Under the pieces are notes generated by a model. That model made no database searches. It was not told the origin of the DNA and saw only the letters and a list, made by a program, of their open reading frames with translations. A program made the translations under genes and the position numbers. A stretch of 64,000 nt of DNA from Octopus vulgaris (taxonomy: Eukaryota): NCBI GenBank assembly GCA_951406725.2, contig OX597833.1, positions 65,038,001-65,102,000 on the forward strand, given 5' to 3'. Shown one piece after another: positions 1 to 12,430 of this stretch (positions within the stretch are counted from its first letter, which is position 1; each line of letters begins with the position of its first letter).

Positions 1-409
1 AGAAAGCGTAGAGTTTGTAAATCACGTGATTGATTTTAAACCAATCAATTAGGAACATCTACCGAACGACGATATCAAACAAACAGGCAGTCATTTTGAT
101 ATACAAAAGAGAAAATATTCAACAACCGCTTTCACACTTAAATAATTCATTTGTTAATCTCGCTTTTAAAGAATGTCACGGATGAGTGATTACTTTTGAG
201 CAATCAATCCAAGAAGAGAAGATGCAAAATGTAAAAAAATAAAACATTAAGTTAAATATTTTGTGCGTTAAACTCTCTTTGTTGAAACTCGTGACATTAA
301 ATAAACGTGATAAGTACACGATAGACAGGCTTTTAGCCATCTTTTGTCATTTTTATTGACGTGATATATTATTTTTTTGTTTTTTTTTTTGTTGTTTTTC
401 TGCGGTTTG

Positions 410-580
410 AGTTACTTGTTTCAGTAACTGTGGGGGGTGCCGTGCTGCCGCACAGCCTTGAAGGGGGCTTGCTCGATCAAATCGAGGCCCCAGAAATTAT
501 TTTTCTATCTGCTTCATCTTTTAGGTGCCTTTTATTATTTGCAGAACTATTACATTGTGGAGACGTAAAAACAAAGGTAC
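410..580 (-). mobile_element. SINE family B, decayed 3' half
   Basis: Diverged match to the 3' half of the full copy at 60341-60741 (cttgtttcagt...gatcaaatcga..cccag...gacgtaaa). Confidence 0.55.
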
Positions 581-715
581 GTCGATTGTCAAGGTGTCGT
601 GAGGGAGATACAGAGACATGCACATACCTACATGTGCGTGAGTGCACACATACACACACACACATACACATACGTATTTTGATGTGTATAAATACAATTT
701 CATATATATATATAC

Positions 716-758
<43 letters not shown>

Positions 759-784
759 TATTTATATATATATATTTACATATA

Positions 785-841
<57 letters not shown>

Positions 842-948
842 TTGCTGTGTGGGTTAGCAAGGCGACCAGTTATCTCATGTGAAGATCGCTTTACAATTGT
901 ACAGACATGCCACATGGAAGTATTGGTACACGTCTCCATTTTACAGTG

Positions 949-1013
<65 letters not shown>

Positions 1014-1020
1014 GTGTGTG

Positions 1021-1238
1021 TGTGTGTTTGTGTGTCTGTGTTTGTTCCCTCACCATCGCTTGACAGTCTATGTTGGTGTGTTTACATCCCCGTGACTTAG
1101 CCATTCATGAAAAGCGACCGATACAATAAGTGCTGGGCTTACAAAGAATAAGACCTGGGGTCGATTCATTCGACTAAAAGCGGCGGTTTAGCATGGCCGA
1201 GAGCCAAATGACTGAAGCAAGTAAAAGAATAAAAGAAT
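1021..1238 (+). mobile_element. SINE family B, 3' half
   Basis: catcgcttgaca...ggtgtgtttacatccccgt...gcatggcc...atgactgaagcaagtaaaagaat matches 24940-25145. Confidence 0.85.
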
Positions 1239-1250
1239 ATATATATATAT

Positions 1251-1460
1251 AAAGTTAATACAAACAAGAAAACAAAAACAAAAAACAACAACGCGAGGAC
1301 GTGGAACAAATATAGTATTATTGGACGCTCAGGAAAGAAGGAAAGAAGGAGGATTTGACGTTTCCAGCGGAGCTGTTAGTCGGAAACATAGGAGAAGGAA
1401 AGATCCCGAGAAGGGAAGACAGGGGGAAAAATCGCTAGTGATACAGACGAGGTCTCATAC
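1251..1460 (-). mobile_element. Family E: ~200-bp element in (TA)n carrying a degenerate hammerhead-like motif (1354-1388)
   Basis: Homologous to 7120-7330 and 27885-28082 (caacgcgaggacgtggaacaaata...ggacgctcagga); TA repeats on both sides. Confidence 0.75.
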
Positions 1461-1483
1461 TATATATGTATACATATATACAT

Positions 1484-1569
<86 letters not shown>

Positions 1570-1577
<8 letters not shown>

Positions 1578-1761
1578 ATATTAATTAGAGACAAAACCAC
1601 TATAATGCAAATCAAACAAAGAAAGACTTAATCCAATACATAAAAAAATTTATATAAATTAAATATAATTAATTTATATAAAATTTTTTATGTATTAGAT
1701 TAAGTCTTTCTTTGTTTGATTTGCATAATAGTGGTTTTTTCTCTAATTAATATTATATTAT
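1570..1761. repeat. Near-perfect fold-back inverted repeat, ~90-bp arms
   Basis: ataatattaattagagacaaaaccactataatgcaaatcaaacaaagaaagactt... is mirrored after a centre at ~1665; the arm is related to 15571-15642. Confidence 0.9.
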
Positions 1762-1833
1762 ATTTTACTATAAAATTGGATTCAATCCTAAATCTGATTT
1801 TTCCCTGTAAATTTGGATTTATTCCCTAATATT

Positions 1834-1897
<64 letters not shown>

Positions 1898-2307
1898 GCA
1901 TGTGTGTATATGCATGTGTATACGACGGGCTTGCATACGGATTTGGTCTAACCAAAATTGATTCGCATGATATTAGACGGTTCAGGGATTTATATGAAAA
2001 CTGCAAAAAACTGTATAGAAGGACAAAAATTATATACAGAACATGCAAGACACACTACTGCTATATTTTTGCCTAATGATTCCTTATACAAATGTGTGCG
2101 TGTTTTTGCGTATGTGTGTGTTTTTGCGTATGTGCATGCGTGCGTGCTTTTAGACAAAAAAAAATTGTCTCATTTCTCTATCTTGAGTCTGGAGGACGGA
2201 TAATTATTTGTAATTATATTCTTCAATGCATAAGTAGATCGATTTGAAAGACATCATATTTTGCAAATTCAGTTTTTCCCCCCGATATTTTCCCCCTCTC
2301 TCTTCAG

Positions 2308-2475
2308 AAAAGAGGAAGCGATAACCAATTTAATGGACTATCTGGCTGCCAATATTTCTATAAGCTGTTCATTAATAGCCGTTCATCTTTTTTTATGTGC
2401 TCTCATCATTTGTGGCTGGAGTTGAATATTGTCTGTCTTGAAGGTTTCCGGTTTAGCAGAAATGTATTTTTTCAG
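2308..2475 (+). other. Candidate exon (168 nt)
   Basis: Long polypyrimidine tract ...tccccctctctcttcag| and donor cag|gtcagt; unique sequence, open in phase 0; no recognisable protein. Confidence 0.25.
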
Positions 2476-2552
2476 GTCAGTTCCATTGAATATATATCTT
2501 CCTTTACAAAAAACGATCTAAAAGATAAATAATGATGGTAAAAATAAAAATA

Positions 2553-2601
2553 ATAATAATGATCATAATAATTATAATAATAATAATCATAATAATAATA
2601 A

Positions 2602-2632
<31 letters not shown>

Positions 2633-2963
2633 AAGAATGAGGAGGAGGAGAAGAAGGAGAAGAAGAAGAAGAAGAAGAAGAAGAAGAAGAAGAACGAGAG
2701 TGAGGAAGAGGAGGTGGAGGAGGAGAGGAAGAAGAAGGAGGAGGAGATCAGAAGGAGAAGAAGGAGGAGGAGGAGGTGGGGAGGACAAGAAGAAGAAGAA
2801 TATTAATGATGATGATGACGATGAGGATGATCATGATAATGATGATGATGATGATGATGATAGTAATGATGATATTAGCATGCGATGCTCTCTCAGTTTA
2901 TGATGTCGATGGTAATAATAATAATAATAATAATAATTTATAATAATAATAATAATAATAATG

Positions 2964-3026
<63 letters not shown>
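2553..3026. repeat. Compound trinucleotide microsatellite (AAT)n-(AAG/AGG)n-(GAT)n-(AAT)n
   Basis: Directly visible. Confidence 0.95.
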
Positions 3027-3028
<2 letters not shown>

Positions 3029-3329
3029 CGACAGTAATATTGATAATAATACCAGTATTAATACTAAAAATGACGCTAAAAGTAATGATGTAATAAAAAT
3101 GCAAGTAAAATTACTTAAAATGAATTATAAAAAATAACTATGTAATTTTAATTTTAATAGAATAGGTGCTAAAAAATTTCTGCATTCAACCAACTGAATT
3201 TGATTAATTAAAATGAAGTATTAATTGCCGAAGTCATGTGAAAAGCCCATTACATTAATCACAGGCTGTGGCAAACAATGCAAAGGGCGACAACTCAGAG
3301 ATTTTAATTAAGGATAATAATGATAATAA

Positions 3330-4627
3330 TCTTTTCTACTATAAGGCCCGAAAATTTTGGGGAGGAGGCCAGTCGATTTGATCGAATCCAGTACGCAACT
3401 GGTACTTAATTTATGGACCGCGAAAGGATGAACGGCAAAGTCGACCTCGGCCGAATTTGAGCACAAAACGCAAAAGATGAAATATCTATTTCTTTTTCCT
3501 ACTCACAAGGGGCTAAACATAGAGAGGACAAACAAGGACAGACAAAAGGATTAAGTCGATTATATCGACCCACGTGCGTAACTGGTACTTAATTTATCGA
3601 CCCCGAAAGGATTAAAGGCAAAGTCGACCTCGGCGGAATTTGAACTCAGAACATAACGGCAGACGAAATACCTATTTCTTTACTACCCACAAGGGGCTAA
3701 ATATAGAGGGGACAAACAAGGACAGACAAAAGGATTAAGTCGATTATATCGACCCACGTGCGTAACTGGTACTTAATTTATCGACCCCGAAAGGATTAAA
3801 GGCAAAGTCGACCTCGGCGGAATTTGAACTCAGAACATAACGGCAGACGAAATACCTATTTCTTTACTACCCACAAGGAGCTAAATATAGAGGGGACAAA
3901 CAAGGACAGACAAAAAGGATTAAGTCGATTACATCGACCCCAGTGTGTGACTGGTACTTAATTTATCGACCCCGAAGGGATGAAAGGCAAAGTCGACCTC
4001 GGCGGAATTTGAACTCAGAACCTAGCAGCAGACGAAATACCTGTTTTTTTTATTAGCCACACGGGGCTAAACATAGAGAGAGCAAACAAGGACAGACAAA
4101 AGGATTAAGTCGATTACATCGACCCCAGTGTGTGACTGGTACTTAATTTATCGACCCCGAAGGGATGAAAGGCAAAGTCGACCTCGGCGGAATTTGAACT
4201 CAGAACCTAGCAGCAGACGAAATACCTGTTTTTTTTTATTAGCCACACGGGGATAAACATAGAGGGGACAAACAAGGACAGACAAAGGGATTAAGTCGAT
4301 TACATCGACCCCAGTGCGTAACTGGTACTTAATTTATCGACCCCGAAGGGATGAAAGGCAAAGTCGACCTCGGCGGAATTTGAACTCAGAACCTAGCAGC
4401 AGACGAAATACCTGTTTTTTTTATTAGCCACACGGGGCTAAACATAGAGAGAGCAAACAAGGACAGACAAAGGGATTAAGTCGATTACATCGACGCCAGT
4501 GCGTAATCTATAGACCCCCGAAAGGGTGAAAGGCAAAGTCGACCTCGGCGGGATTTGAACGTAAACACAGACGAAATACCGCTAAGCATTTTGCCTGGCA
4601 AGCTAAAATCTCTGCCAGCTCGTCGCC
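3330..4627 (-). mobile_element. SINE family A tandem multimer: one head, six ~185-bp units and a terminal unit with a different tail
   Basis: Unit boundaries at about 3487, 3673, 3857, 4042, 4227 and 4413; a single tRNA-like head (A-box side) at ~4580-4627; central gactttgcctttcatcctttcggggtcgataaattaagtaccag resembles the MetaSINE domain. Confidence 0.9.
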
Positions 4628-5034
4628 TTGAATAATTGTAATAATATAAATATAAACCACTGATAGCGTAGGAGACAGTTCTTTTGCATTTTTAGGGCAA
4701 CTACGGTAACTTCTGAACGCAGCGAGGATCATCCCTATTATACGGAATTTAAATTATAGTTCAATCGTTACGCGTGTTTCTGAGATATACAGTGTTCTTT
4801 TTTCAATCCTCAGTCTGAAACGGTCTTCCCTGGACGAAATACTGCATATAGTAAGCGTAAAAAAAGCACATATGATGCATCAATAATGTTTACTTTACTC
4901 GAGTTTTTCTAACCTCAAATTCCATCTTATATGTGTGTGTGAGTGTTAGTGCATGCCTGTATATCAGTGTATGTGTATGTATTTATGTACATATACATAC
5001 ATACATACATACATACATACGTACGTACATACAT

Positions 5035-5066
<32 letters not shown>

Positions 5067-5081
5067 GTGTGTATATATTTA

Positions 5082-5112
<31 letters not shown>

Positions 5113-5688
5113 GGGAAAGCGTGTGTGTGTGTATGAGTTTGTGTGCGTGCGTGTGCGTAAGTGTGTTTGTGTGTGCGTGTGTGTGTTGTTTTTGTGTTTA
5201 TGTTGTGTTTGTTGCCGCTCAAAACCAGGCAACCTGGGTTGGTATCTTTGCGCACGCGTAACTTATCTCTTCGGAACTAGAGACTGACAAAATAAGCACG
5301 AATTAAAACAGGATACTGGGGTCAACCTATTCGATAAATCACTCTACAAGGCCGTGTCCTGGTATGACCACAATTCAATCCTTAAAACAACTAAATAATA
5401 AAACAAATGTGGAATACAGAAGAATACAGAGATCAGCTTCAAATGTGCATGTTTCGTCCTTTTAGTAGATCTTATCAGCGACGTATATTCCAAGCTCATA
5501 CATTAGCTACGTTCTGACAAATTGATTTCCTTTGATTGTTTCCGCGATAATCATCGCTGGTGATGATCTTTTTTTCTTATTGTCGTTGTTGTTTTGGTTG
5601 CTATAGTTGTTCTTTCACTTATTGTTTCACCGTCGCTTGAACTCCAAATAAACATAATCAAATTGAACATTTAGGTTTGTATTATATA

Positions 5689-5995
5689 CTAGCAGTATCG
5701 TCCGGCGTTGCTCGGGTTTGTAAGGGAAATAACTATATAAGCATTTTTAGAGAGTTACTTCCCTAATATATAACCCGAGCAAAAATCATTAAAAATGCGA
5801 AGAAATTATGGTAAATTTTTTTTAAATCGTAGACTCATCGTAGACGCGCGCTAATACACAGAAGGGCTCGATATGAATGACGACTATAAGATACCCGCTT
5901 TTGGTTAAACTGCACCGCAAAATGTGGGAGTAGTTAGGAATCTAAATCGGAGGAGACAGAGTCTCACACACACAACTTCATTTTATATATAAAGA
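5689..5995 (-). mobile_element. Non-autonomous Helitron (~307 bp)
   Basis: On the minus strand: A|TCTTTATATATAAAA 5' end, subterminal hairpin cccgagcaacgccgga, CTAG|T 3' end, no TSD; canonical Helitron termini. Confidence 0.85.
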
Positions 5996-6174
5996 TTTAT
6001 GTTCTCCAATTGATGTATCACAAATGTCAATTCATCTACATGCAGGACCTCATAATAAATAGCATTAAATCCACAATTGACAAAGGGTTATATGCATAAT
6101 ATATTGGGGTTGTAACCCTATGTACCATACACTTTTATTTTACACTGGATTATCATTCGAAATGCATTATTTAG

Positions 6175-6355
6175 AAGGCACCAAGCTGGCACAATCATTA
6201 GCACGTCAGATAAAATTCTTAGCGCTAATTTTCTCCGGTTTTTCACGTTCTGATTTCGAATCCCACTGATCTCAATTTTGTATTTCATCCCTGTTGAGTC
6301 GATAAAATAAAGTACCATTTCCTTTCTAGAGACCATGTAATCGACTTGTCCCCTA
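6175..6355 (+). mobile_element. SINE family A, old diverged copy
   Basis: agctggcacaatcattagcacg...tttcatccctgttgagtcgataaaataaagtacca. Confidence 0.65.
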
Positions 6356-7119
6356 CATAGAACGGGACGGACGCCGGTCCGTCGAAGGGCGACAAATTCA
6401 CTATTGGGTGAACTAGATTAACGTGAAATGAAGTATTTAACTCAAAACCATAACTCAGTTTGGAAATCGAAATCACGACCTTGTGACCAATCCACTGTGC
6501 CACAGTAAACCCACGGCCTTCATCTAAATATTCTACTTACTCTGACGCTCGCCTTCAGAACATTCTATCTGATCTTTTTAAGTGTAGAGTAAGGTCTTAA
6601 CTTTACATTGACAAACTCTGTGTAACAAACCATACACGGAACTATTTGAAATAGCTGGATTAGCATCGATAGAATTTTCAGGTAACGGAAGTGTTAAATA
6701 ATTTGTAACGGAGAATGAATTCTTTATCTAAAATACATCAAAGAGCTAAATATTCTCATGTGTATCACTTTTAAAGAAAATTCTAAAATTACCATTCGCA
6801 CAACGCCGTTCCTCTACATAATGAATGTATTACGAATTATCAATTAGTTACCATTCCATAAATAAAGTTCAGGGAGCAGCAGGTTATGTGACCTCCAGTA
6901 TTTGACTGGTAATTAGGCTATCCTCACTCCGTTATCTATCTATCTATCCATCTATTTATATATATACATATATATATGTTTATATAAATATACATATATA
7001 TATGTATATATATACATCTATATATGTATATATGTATATATGTATATATATATGTGTATATATACATTTATATTTGTATTACTCTTTTTTCCACCTTGTT
7101 TCACATTTATGTGTTTACT

Positions 7120-7330
7120 CCGGTGCGACCTCGTGTGTACCGTTGGCGATTTGTTTTCCTCTGTCTTCCCTTCTCGGGATCTTTCCTCCTATGTTTCCGA
7201 CGAAGAGCTCCGCTCGAAACGTTAAACCCTCCTTCTTCTCTTCTTTCCTGAGCGTCCAATAATACTATATTTATTCCACGTCTTCGCGTTATTGTGTTTT
7301 TTTGTGTTTTCTTGTTTGGATTAACTTTAA
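7120..7330 (+). mobile_element. Family E element with hammerhead-like motif at 7193-7227
   Basis: gttt-CCGACGA-a-gagc-tcc-gctc-GAAA-cg-TT-aaac; TA tract immediately downstream. Confidence 0.8.
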
Positions 7331-7351
7331 CTATATATATATATATGAGAA

Positions 7352-7665
7352 GTGAAGGTGCGTGGATTAGTGGTTAGGGTATTTGGCTAACGATCTTAGG
7401 TGAGTGCGTTCCAGTCCAGGTAGCGTGTTGTGTCTTTGAGCAAGACACTTTATTTCCAGTTGCTCTAGTTCACTCAGCTGGCAAACATGAGTTCTACCTA
7501 TGTAGTATATGGCCAACCCCGTGACATTCTGTCTCACACTGAATCTCCCTGAGAGCCACATTAAGGGTACGCAGGTCTATAGATTACTCACCTACTTGCC
7601 TGTTAATTTGACGAACAGGCTATGCCGCTGATTGGCTCAACTACACCACTTGTCGTTGTAGCCAA
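7352..7665 (+). mobile_element. SINE with D-type head and the tail shared with 13511-13893
   Basis: tagtggttagg A-box, ttgagcaagacactttattt...cagttcactcagctg body, tail ...cacctacttgcctgttaattt...aacaggct. Confidence 0.7.
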
Positions 7666-8539
7666 CATAGTGTTAATTTATATACAAGAAAGTTACCACC
7701 AGGCATTTTGTGAGCTTCGCTACCGATCCTGTGTTGCATTGCCCTAAATACTACTTCATTACATTGATTCCTATTCATAGCAAGGCGGCAAATAAGCGCG
7801 TGTTGTGTTCTGCATTCAAATGCCACCAATTTTGATTTTAACCTTATTCTTCCGGAGATTGTTAAATGAAATATCAATCATTCGCGCTTGACTGGCAGAA
7901 ATGTTAAAACCTCAAAGGTGATGACCTGTACTATGTTCTCCGGTTCTATGCGTTCGAAATTAAAATTCCGATCTCGCTTGCGTCGGTGGATGCATTTAAT
8001 CCGTCGGTAAGATTAACCAATGACCTTGGGTGACATTAACAGAATGTATTCTGTTGTAAGTACTCAATATAAGTTTCAAAGTTGAAAATACCTTCTGACA
8101 TCCCTCTCATTAATCTAAGAATCTATGAATTTCAGTAAAGGGGCTTAGCACCGCTCTACCCTCCTCACTTAGAGGAAAAATGGACAGGACATAATTCTAG
8201 GGAGATAGTGGCTTAAACTACCCATATGTCTGAATACAGATATATTCGATCCTAAATCATGCCTGTGACCCCTTCCTAATTATAGGCATCGACGATCTCC
8301 TCATTCTACTCGTCCTTGCACTGGGTCTTCTGTTCCTAGAATAGTATGGTTTGCTTCCGATTCTTCACAGACATTAAATAGCAGAAACTAACCCCACATC
8401 AAAACCCCAATATAGAAGAACACTGACCACTTTTTTCGTCTGGTTTCAAAAATTTCACTTAAGGATCATGATTAAATCTAATAGGAATATTAATCTCCAC
8501 CAAAGCATCTAAGTACTCATAATCGTAGAAAGAGGGAAT

Positions 8540-8880
8540 ATCTATTTCTTTACTACCCACAAGGGGCTACACACAGGGGGACAAACAAGGACAGACGAAC
8601 GGATTAAGTCGATTATATCGACTCCAGTGCGTAACTGGTACTTAATTTATCGACCCCGAAAGAATGAAAGGCAAAGTCGACCTCGACGGAATTTGAAATC
8701 AGAACGTAACGGCAGACGAAATACCGCTAAGCATTTAACCCGGCGTGCTAACGGTTGCGAAATGCTTAGCAGTATTTTATCTGCTGTTACGTTCTGAGTT
8801 CAAATTCCGCCGAGGTCGACTTTGCCTTTCATCCTTTCGGGGTCGATAAAAAAGTACCAGTTACGCACTGGAATCGATGG
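8540..8880. mobile_element. Two SINE-A copies head-to-head (8540-8755 minus, 8757-8880 plus)
   Basis: Same SINE-A sequence in opposite orientations, both heads clipped at the junction. Confidence 0.85.
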
Positions 8881-9897
8881 AATATCACTACCATTCCACT
8901 GCAAAATGGCGACCTAGTCGGAAAATATCATTGACACTTGGAAGTGCAAAAGTTGGAGTCGATGCCAAGGCAGATATAACAACCAGCTCGAATATAACTT
9001 ATCGTATCTATAACTGAATGCTTTCAAACGCCAACAAACATTCAGGAATTCATTATAAATTTATCTCATCACACTTTTGTAGAAGCTTCCAATCTCATTT
9101 CTGCCCGAAACGAAATATTTTCTGTGTAATAATAACTTTACTGCTCCCATGTACTTTCTAGGAATGGTGCTGCTAGAAGAAAAGGGAAAACGGATACGTG
9201 GCTTCGTATAAATTTTCCAAAATTAGAACTTGACCTTCATTACGAAACGCTATGCAGCTGGATTCATCTCGGGAGATTACTCTAATACATAATCCGCAAC
9301 GAACTCCAAAAGGATTGCCAAAGGTATGAATGCTAGATTTCCCGGTAGAGAATTGCAATCCGAGTCGATAATTGAACATTTTTACCTATCTTCTTTTCTT
9401 ATTAATTTATTTTCTTCAAGGTTTTGCAGAAACATTTATTTAGGAAGAGAAATATGTGTTTAGCAAACGAATGAAACAAATTCAAATATATTACAGTTTT
9501 GGGTAATTTATTAACCTTCTGAGAAGAAGTCAAATTGACCCAGGTCAGAGACGTAAAACAAATGTTATTCTGGTAACTGATTACGTAAACCATATTCCAG
9601 AACTCTCGTCTATTTTCCATGTGATATATAAAGAATTAGGAGAGACATTTTATAGATAACCACAGAATTGATGCATGTGTACAATATGTGATTATCTAAT
9701 ATAGATGATATATATCAAGTCGAAGAGGGAATCCCACCACCGTAAGCTGTCCTGCCAGTAATAGCAAATGTATGTCTAACAAAAAAAAAAAATTACATCC
9801 TAACTGAATAAATAAACGAGATTACATCGTTATAATGGATGATGTAGTTCTTGATATACAAAAATAAAACACGATATGATCTTGTGATCTGGAGTCA

Positions 9898-9940
<43 letters not shown>

Positions 9941-9964
9941 CATATATATTCATACATATAAATG

Positions 9965-10020
<56 letters not shown>

Positions 10021-10196
10021 TACATATATATGTATGTACATATATATATATATATATATATACGCAAACACACTTACACGCAAATGTATAGATACCTAAA
10101 TATATATCTACAGATGTGTGTATAGTTCAACGCAATTATTTATATAACTAGAGTGTATATGTATATATATATATGCATATATATATATATATATGA

Positions 10197-10233
<37 letters not shown>

Positions 10234-10536
10234 TATATACTGACAAAAGCTAAAAGACATAAATAAACATATGTGTGTGTATGTGTGTGTCTGTGTGTCT
10301 GTGTGTCTGTGTGTGTGTGTGTATTTTATCTTTAACCTTTTACCTGTTTCATTTGTTACACTGCAACCATTGTAGGGCACCGTCTTGGAGAATTTTAGTT
10401 GAATGAATCAATTCCGATACTTTCTTTTAAATTCTGTTTCTTATTCTAAAGTTCTGACGAAAGGCTGCGTGACGGCGACGGAAACACTCCAACACCTGAT
10501 ATATGCAGTCGAGATTTATGCAGTAGCAGCACGATA

Positions 10537-10841
10537 AAGTGATAGCATGTTGTCAACTTAATGTGACAGTCTCATGAAAGGGAAGAATGCTACCGTTATT
10601 TAACCCTAGGAAACACCGTTTCCTGTTGGACTTGGCACATTTCCTGCGTCCGTATGTTTTCAAAGTGGAGGCAAGCACCTCCACCCAGCAAAGCCAGCAC
10701 CCAGAGACTAGTTTCAGAGTCATTGCTCATCAGTAAATCTGTCTAGTCCAACAGGAAACGGTGTTACCTAGGGCTAAATAACAGTGGCATTCTTCCCTTT
10801 CATGGGACTGTCACATTAAATTGACCAACATGCTATCACTT
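10537..10841. repeat. Inverted repeat (~105-bp arms) with a hammerhead core in the spacer; Penelope-like remnant
   Basis: Arms 10537-10642 and 10735-10841; minus-strand spacer reads CTGATGA-gcaatgactct-GAAA-ctag-TC. Confidence 0.75.
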
Positions 10842-10933
10842 AAAAGAATTATAATTTAAAACTATTATATTGAAAAAAAAACGGTGAATGACGGTGACAT
10901 TACTGGACACGCGCTGCCACTATGCTTGAAAGA

Positions 10934-11240
10934 GGAAGCACATGGCCTAGTGGTTGGAGCAGTGCACTCGTGCTCGAGGGATCGCGGGTTCGAATCTCAG
11001 ACCGAGCGATGTGTGTGTTTGTGAGCGAAACACTAAGCTCCACGCGGCTCCGCCTGAAGGTAATGGCGAACTTCTGTTGACTCTTTCGCCACAATTTTCT
11101 CTCAATATTTCCTCCTGCATCTTGCAGCTAACCTGCGACGGACCGGCGTCCTGTCCAGGTGGGGAACCTATACGCCAAGGAAACCGGGAAACCGGCCCTT
11201 ATGAGCTAGGCATGGCTCGAAAAGGAACAAACAACAAAAA
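10934..11240 (+). mobile_element. SINE family C, full length
   Basis: tggcctagtggttggagc A-box, gggttcgaatctc B-box, tail ...ggaaaccgggaaaccggccc; homologous to 62156-62465. Confidence 0.9.
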
Positions 11241-12350
11241 AACTATAGAGACAATGATTACTTATTTTTTTCATACTTTTGCTAAATAAGAAGTCTATGT
11301 GACAGAACACTGAACACAAACGCACAAGCAGTATGTACACATTACTGGATGTTCATTAACCCACCTGAGTACAACTGCCCTTCGATAGATGTCTTTTCAT
11401 GCCGCAGGATGTCCAAAATCAGCCATCACATCGAGCCTGCTTGGAAATGTTCCCAGCTCAGTATCACAGACTCAGACACGTTTTGCTGAGTTGCATTTTA
11501 TCAGTAGCTCTTTCAAATAATGTCTGTGTATTTTCATACATACTGAGAAATAATTATGTATGCTACGAACGATTTACTTTTGAAAATTAACCGATATAAT
11601 ATGACATTTGAATATAACTTGAAATAAGAATAATTACGAGACAAAAAAATCGAATTAAAGAAACAAATAAGAACTAAATCTGAATAAAAATAACCCAACG
11701 TACTGGTTTCTATGTATGTTTGTAAGACATACATCTGACATAAGTGCAAGTCATTATGTCGGCAAAGAGCAATGAAAAGAAGAAAGACAAAAAAAGCATT
11801 TATAGGACTAAGTATAAGAACAATAACTTTAGCATTTATAACAATAGAAACGACGACAACAACAACAACAACTGGATCAATTTGCAATGACAAGAAAAGT
11901 GAAGAAAGAAAAAAAAATACATAGGAATGAGTAAAACCTACAAAGACATAATAATATATCAGAAAACGGAAGTAAACGTCTAGACAATGTGCTAAATTAA
12001 TAATAATGAAACCTGGTATCATGACCTCATTAGAAAACTTTAAAAATAATCATTGAAGTATAATGAAGTATAATGAAAAAGAAAGCAAAAATAAACGAAA
12101 AAAAAACGAAACAAAATCAAAATGAACACTTCTAGTTTCACTTTCAGTTCCGGTTTTTCGGTTTGAATAGATGTGAGCAAAAAGTATTTCCATAATAAAT
12201 TTAATAGCTTTATAATTATAGATCAAAATTGCTCGCAAAGAGCGTTGCGTGAGGGCTGTTCCAACGATTGGAGTCTACGTGGCCATTCTGTTGATACAGG
12301 TTTTCGTCCTACTTTAAATGATATATGACTCTCTGTGTGTTTGTGTGTGT

Positions 12351-12357
12351 GTAGTAA

Positions 12358-12420
<63 letters not shown>

Positions 12421-12430
12421 CAGTAGTAGT
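12351..12430. repeat. (GTA)n microsatellite
   Basis: Directly visible. Confidence 0.95.

Noticed and set aside
3487-4500. CRISPR-like array
   Set aside because: Whole ~185-bp units are repeated, there are no unique spacers or cas genes, and the context is eukaryotic.
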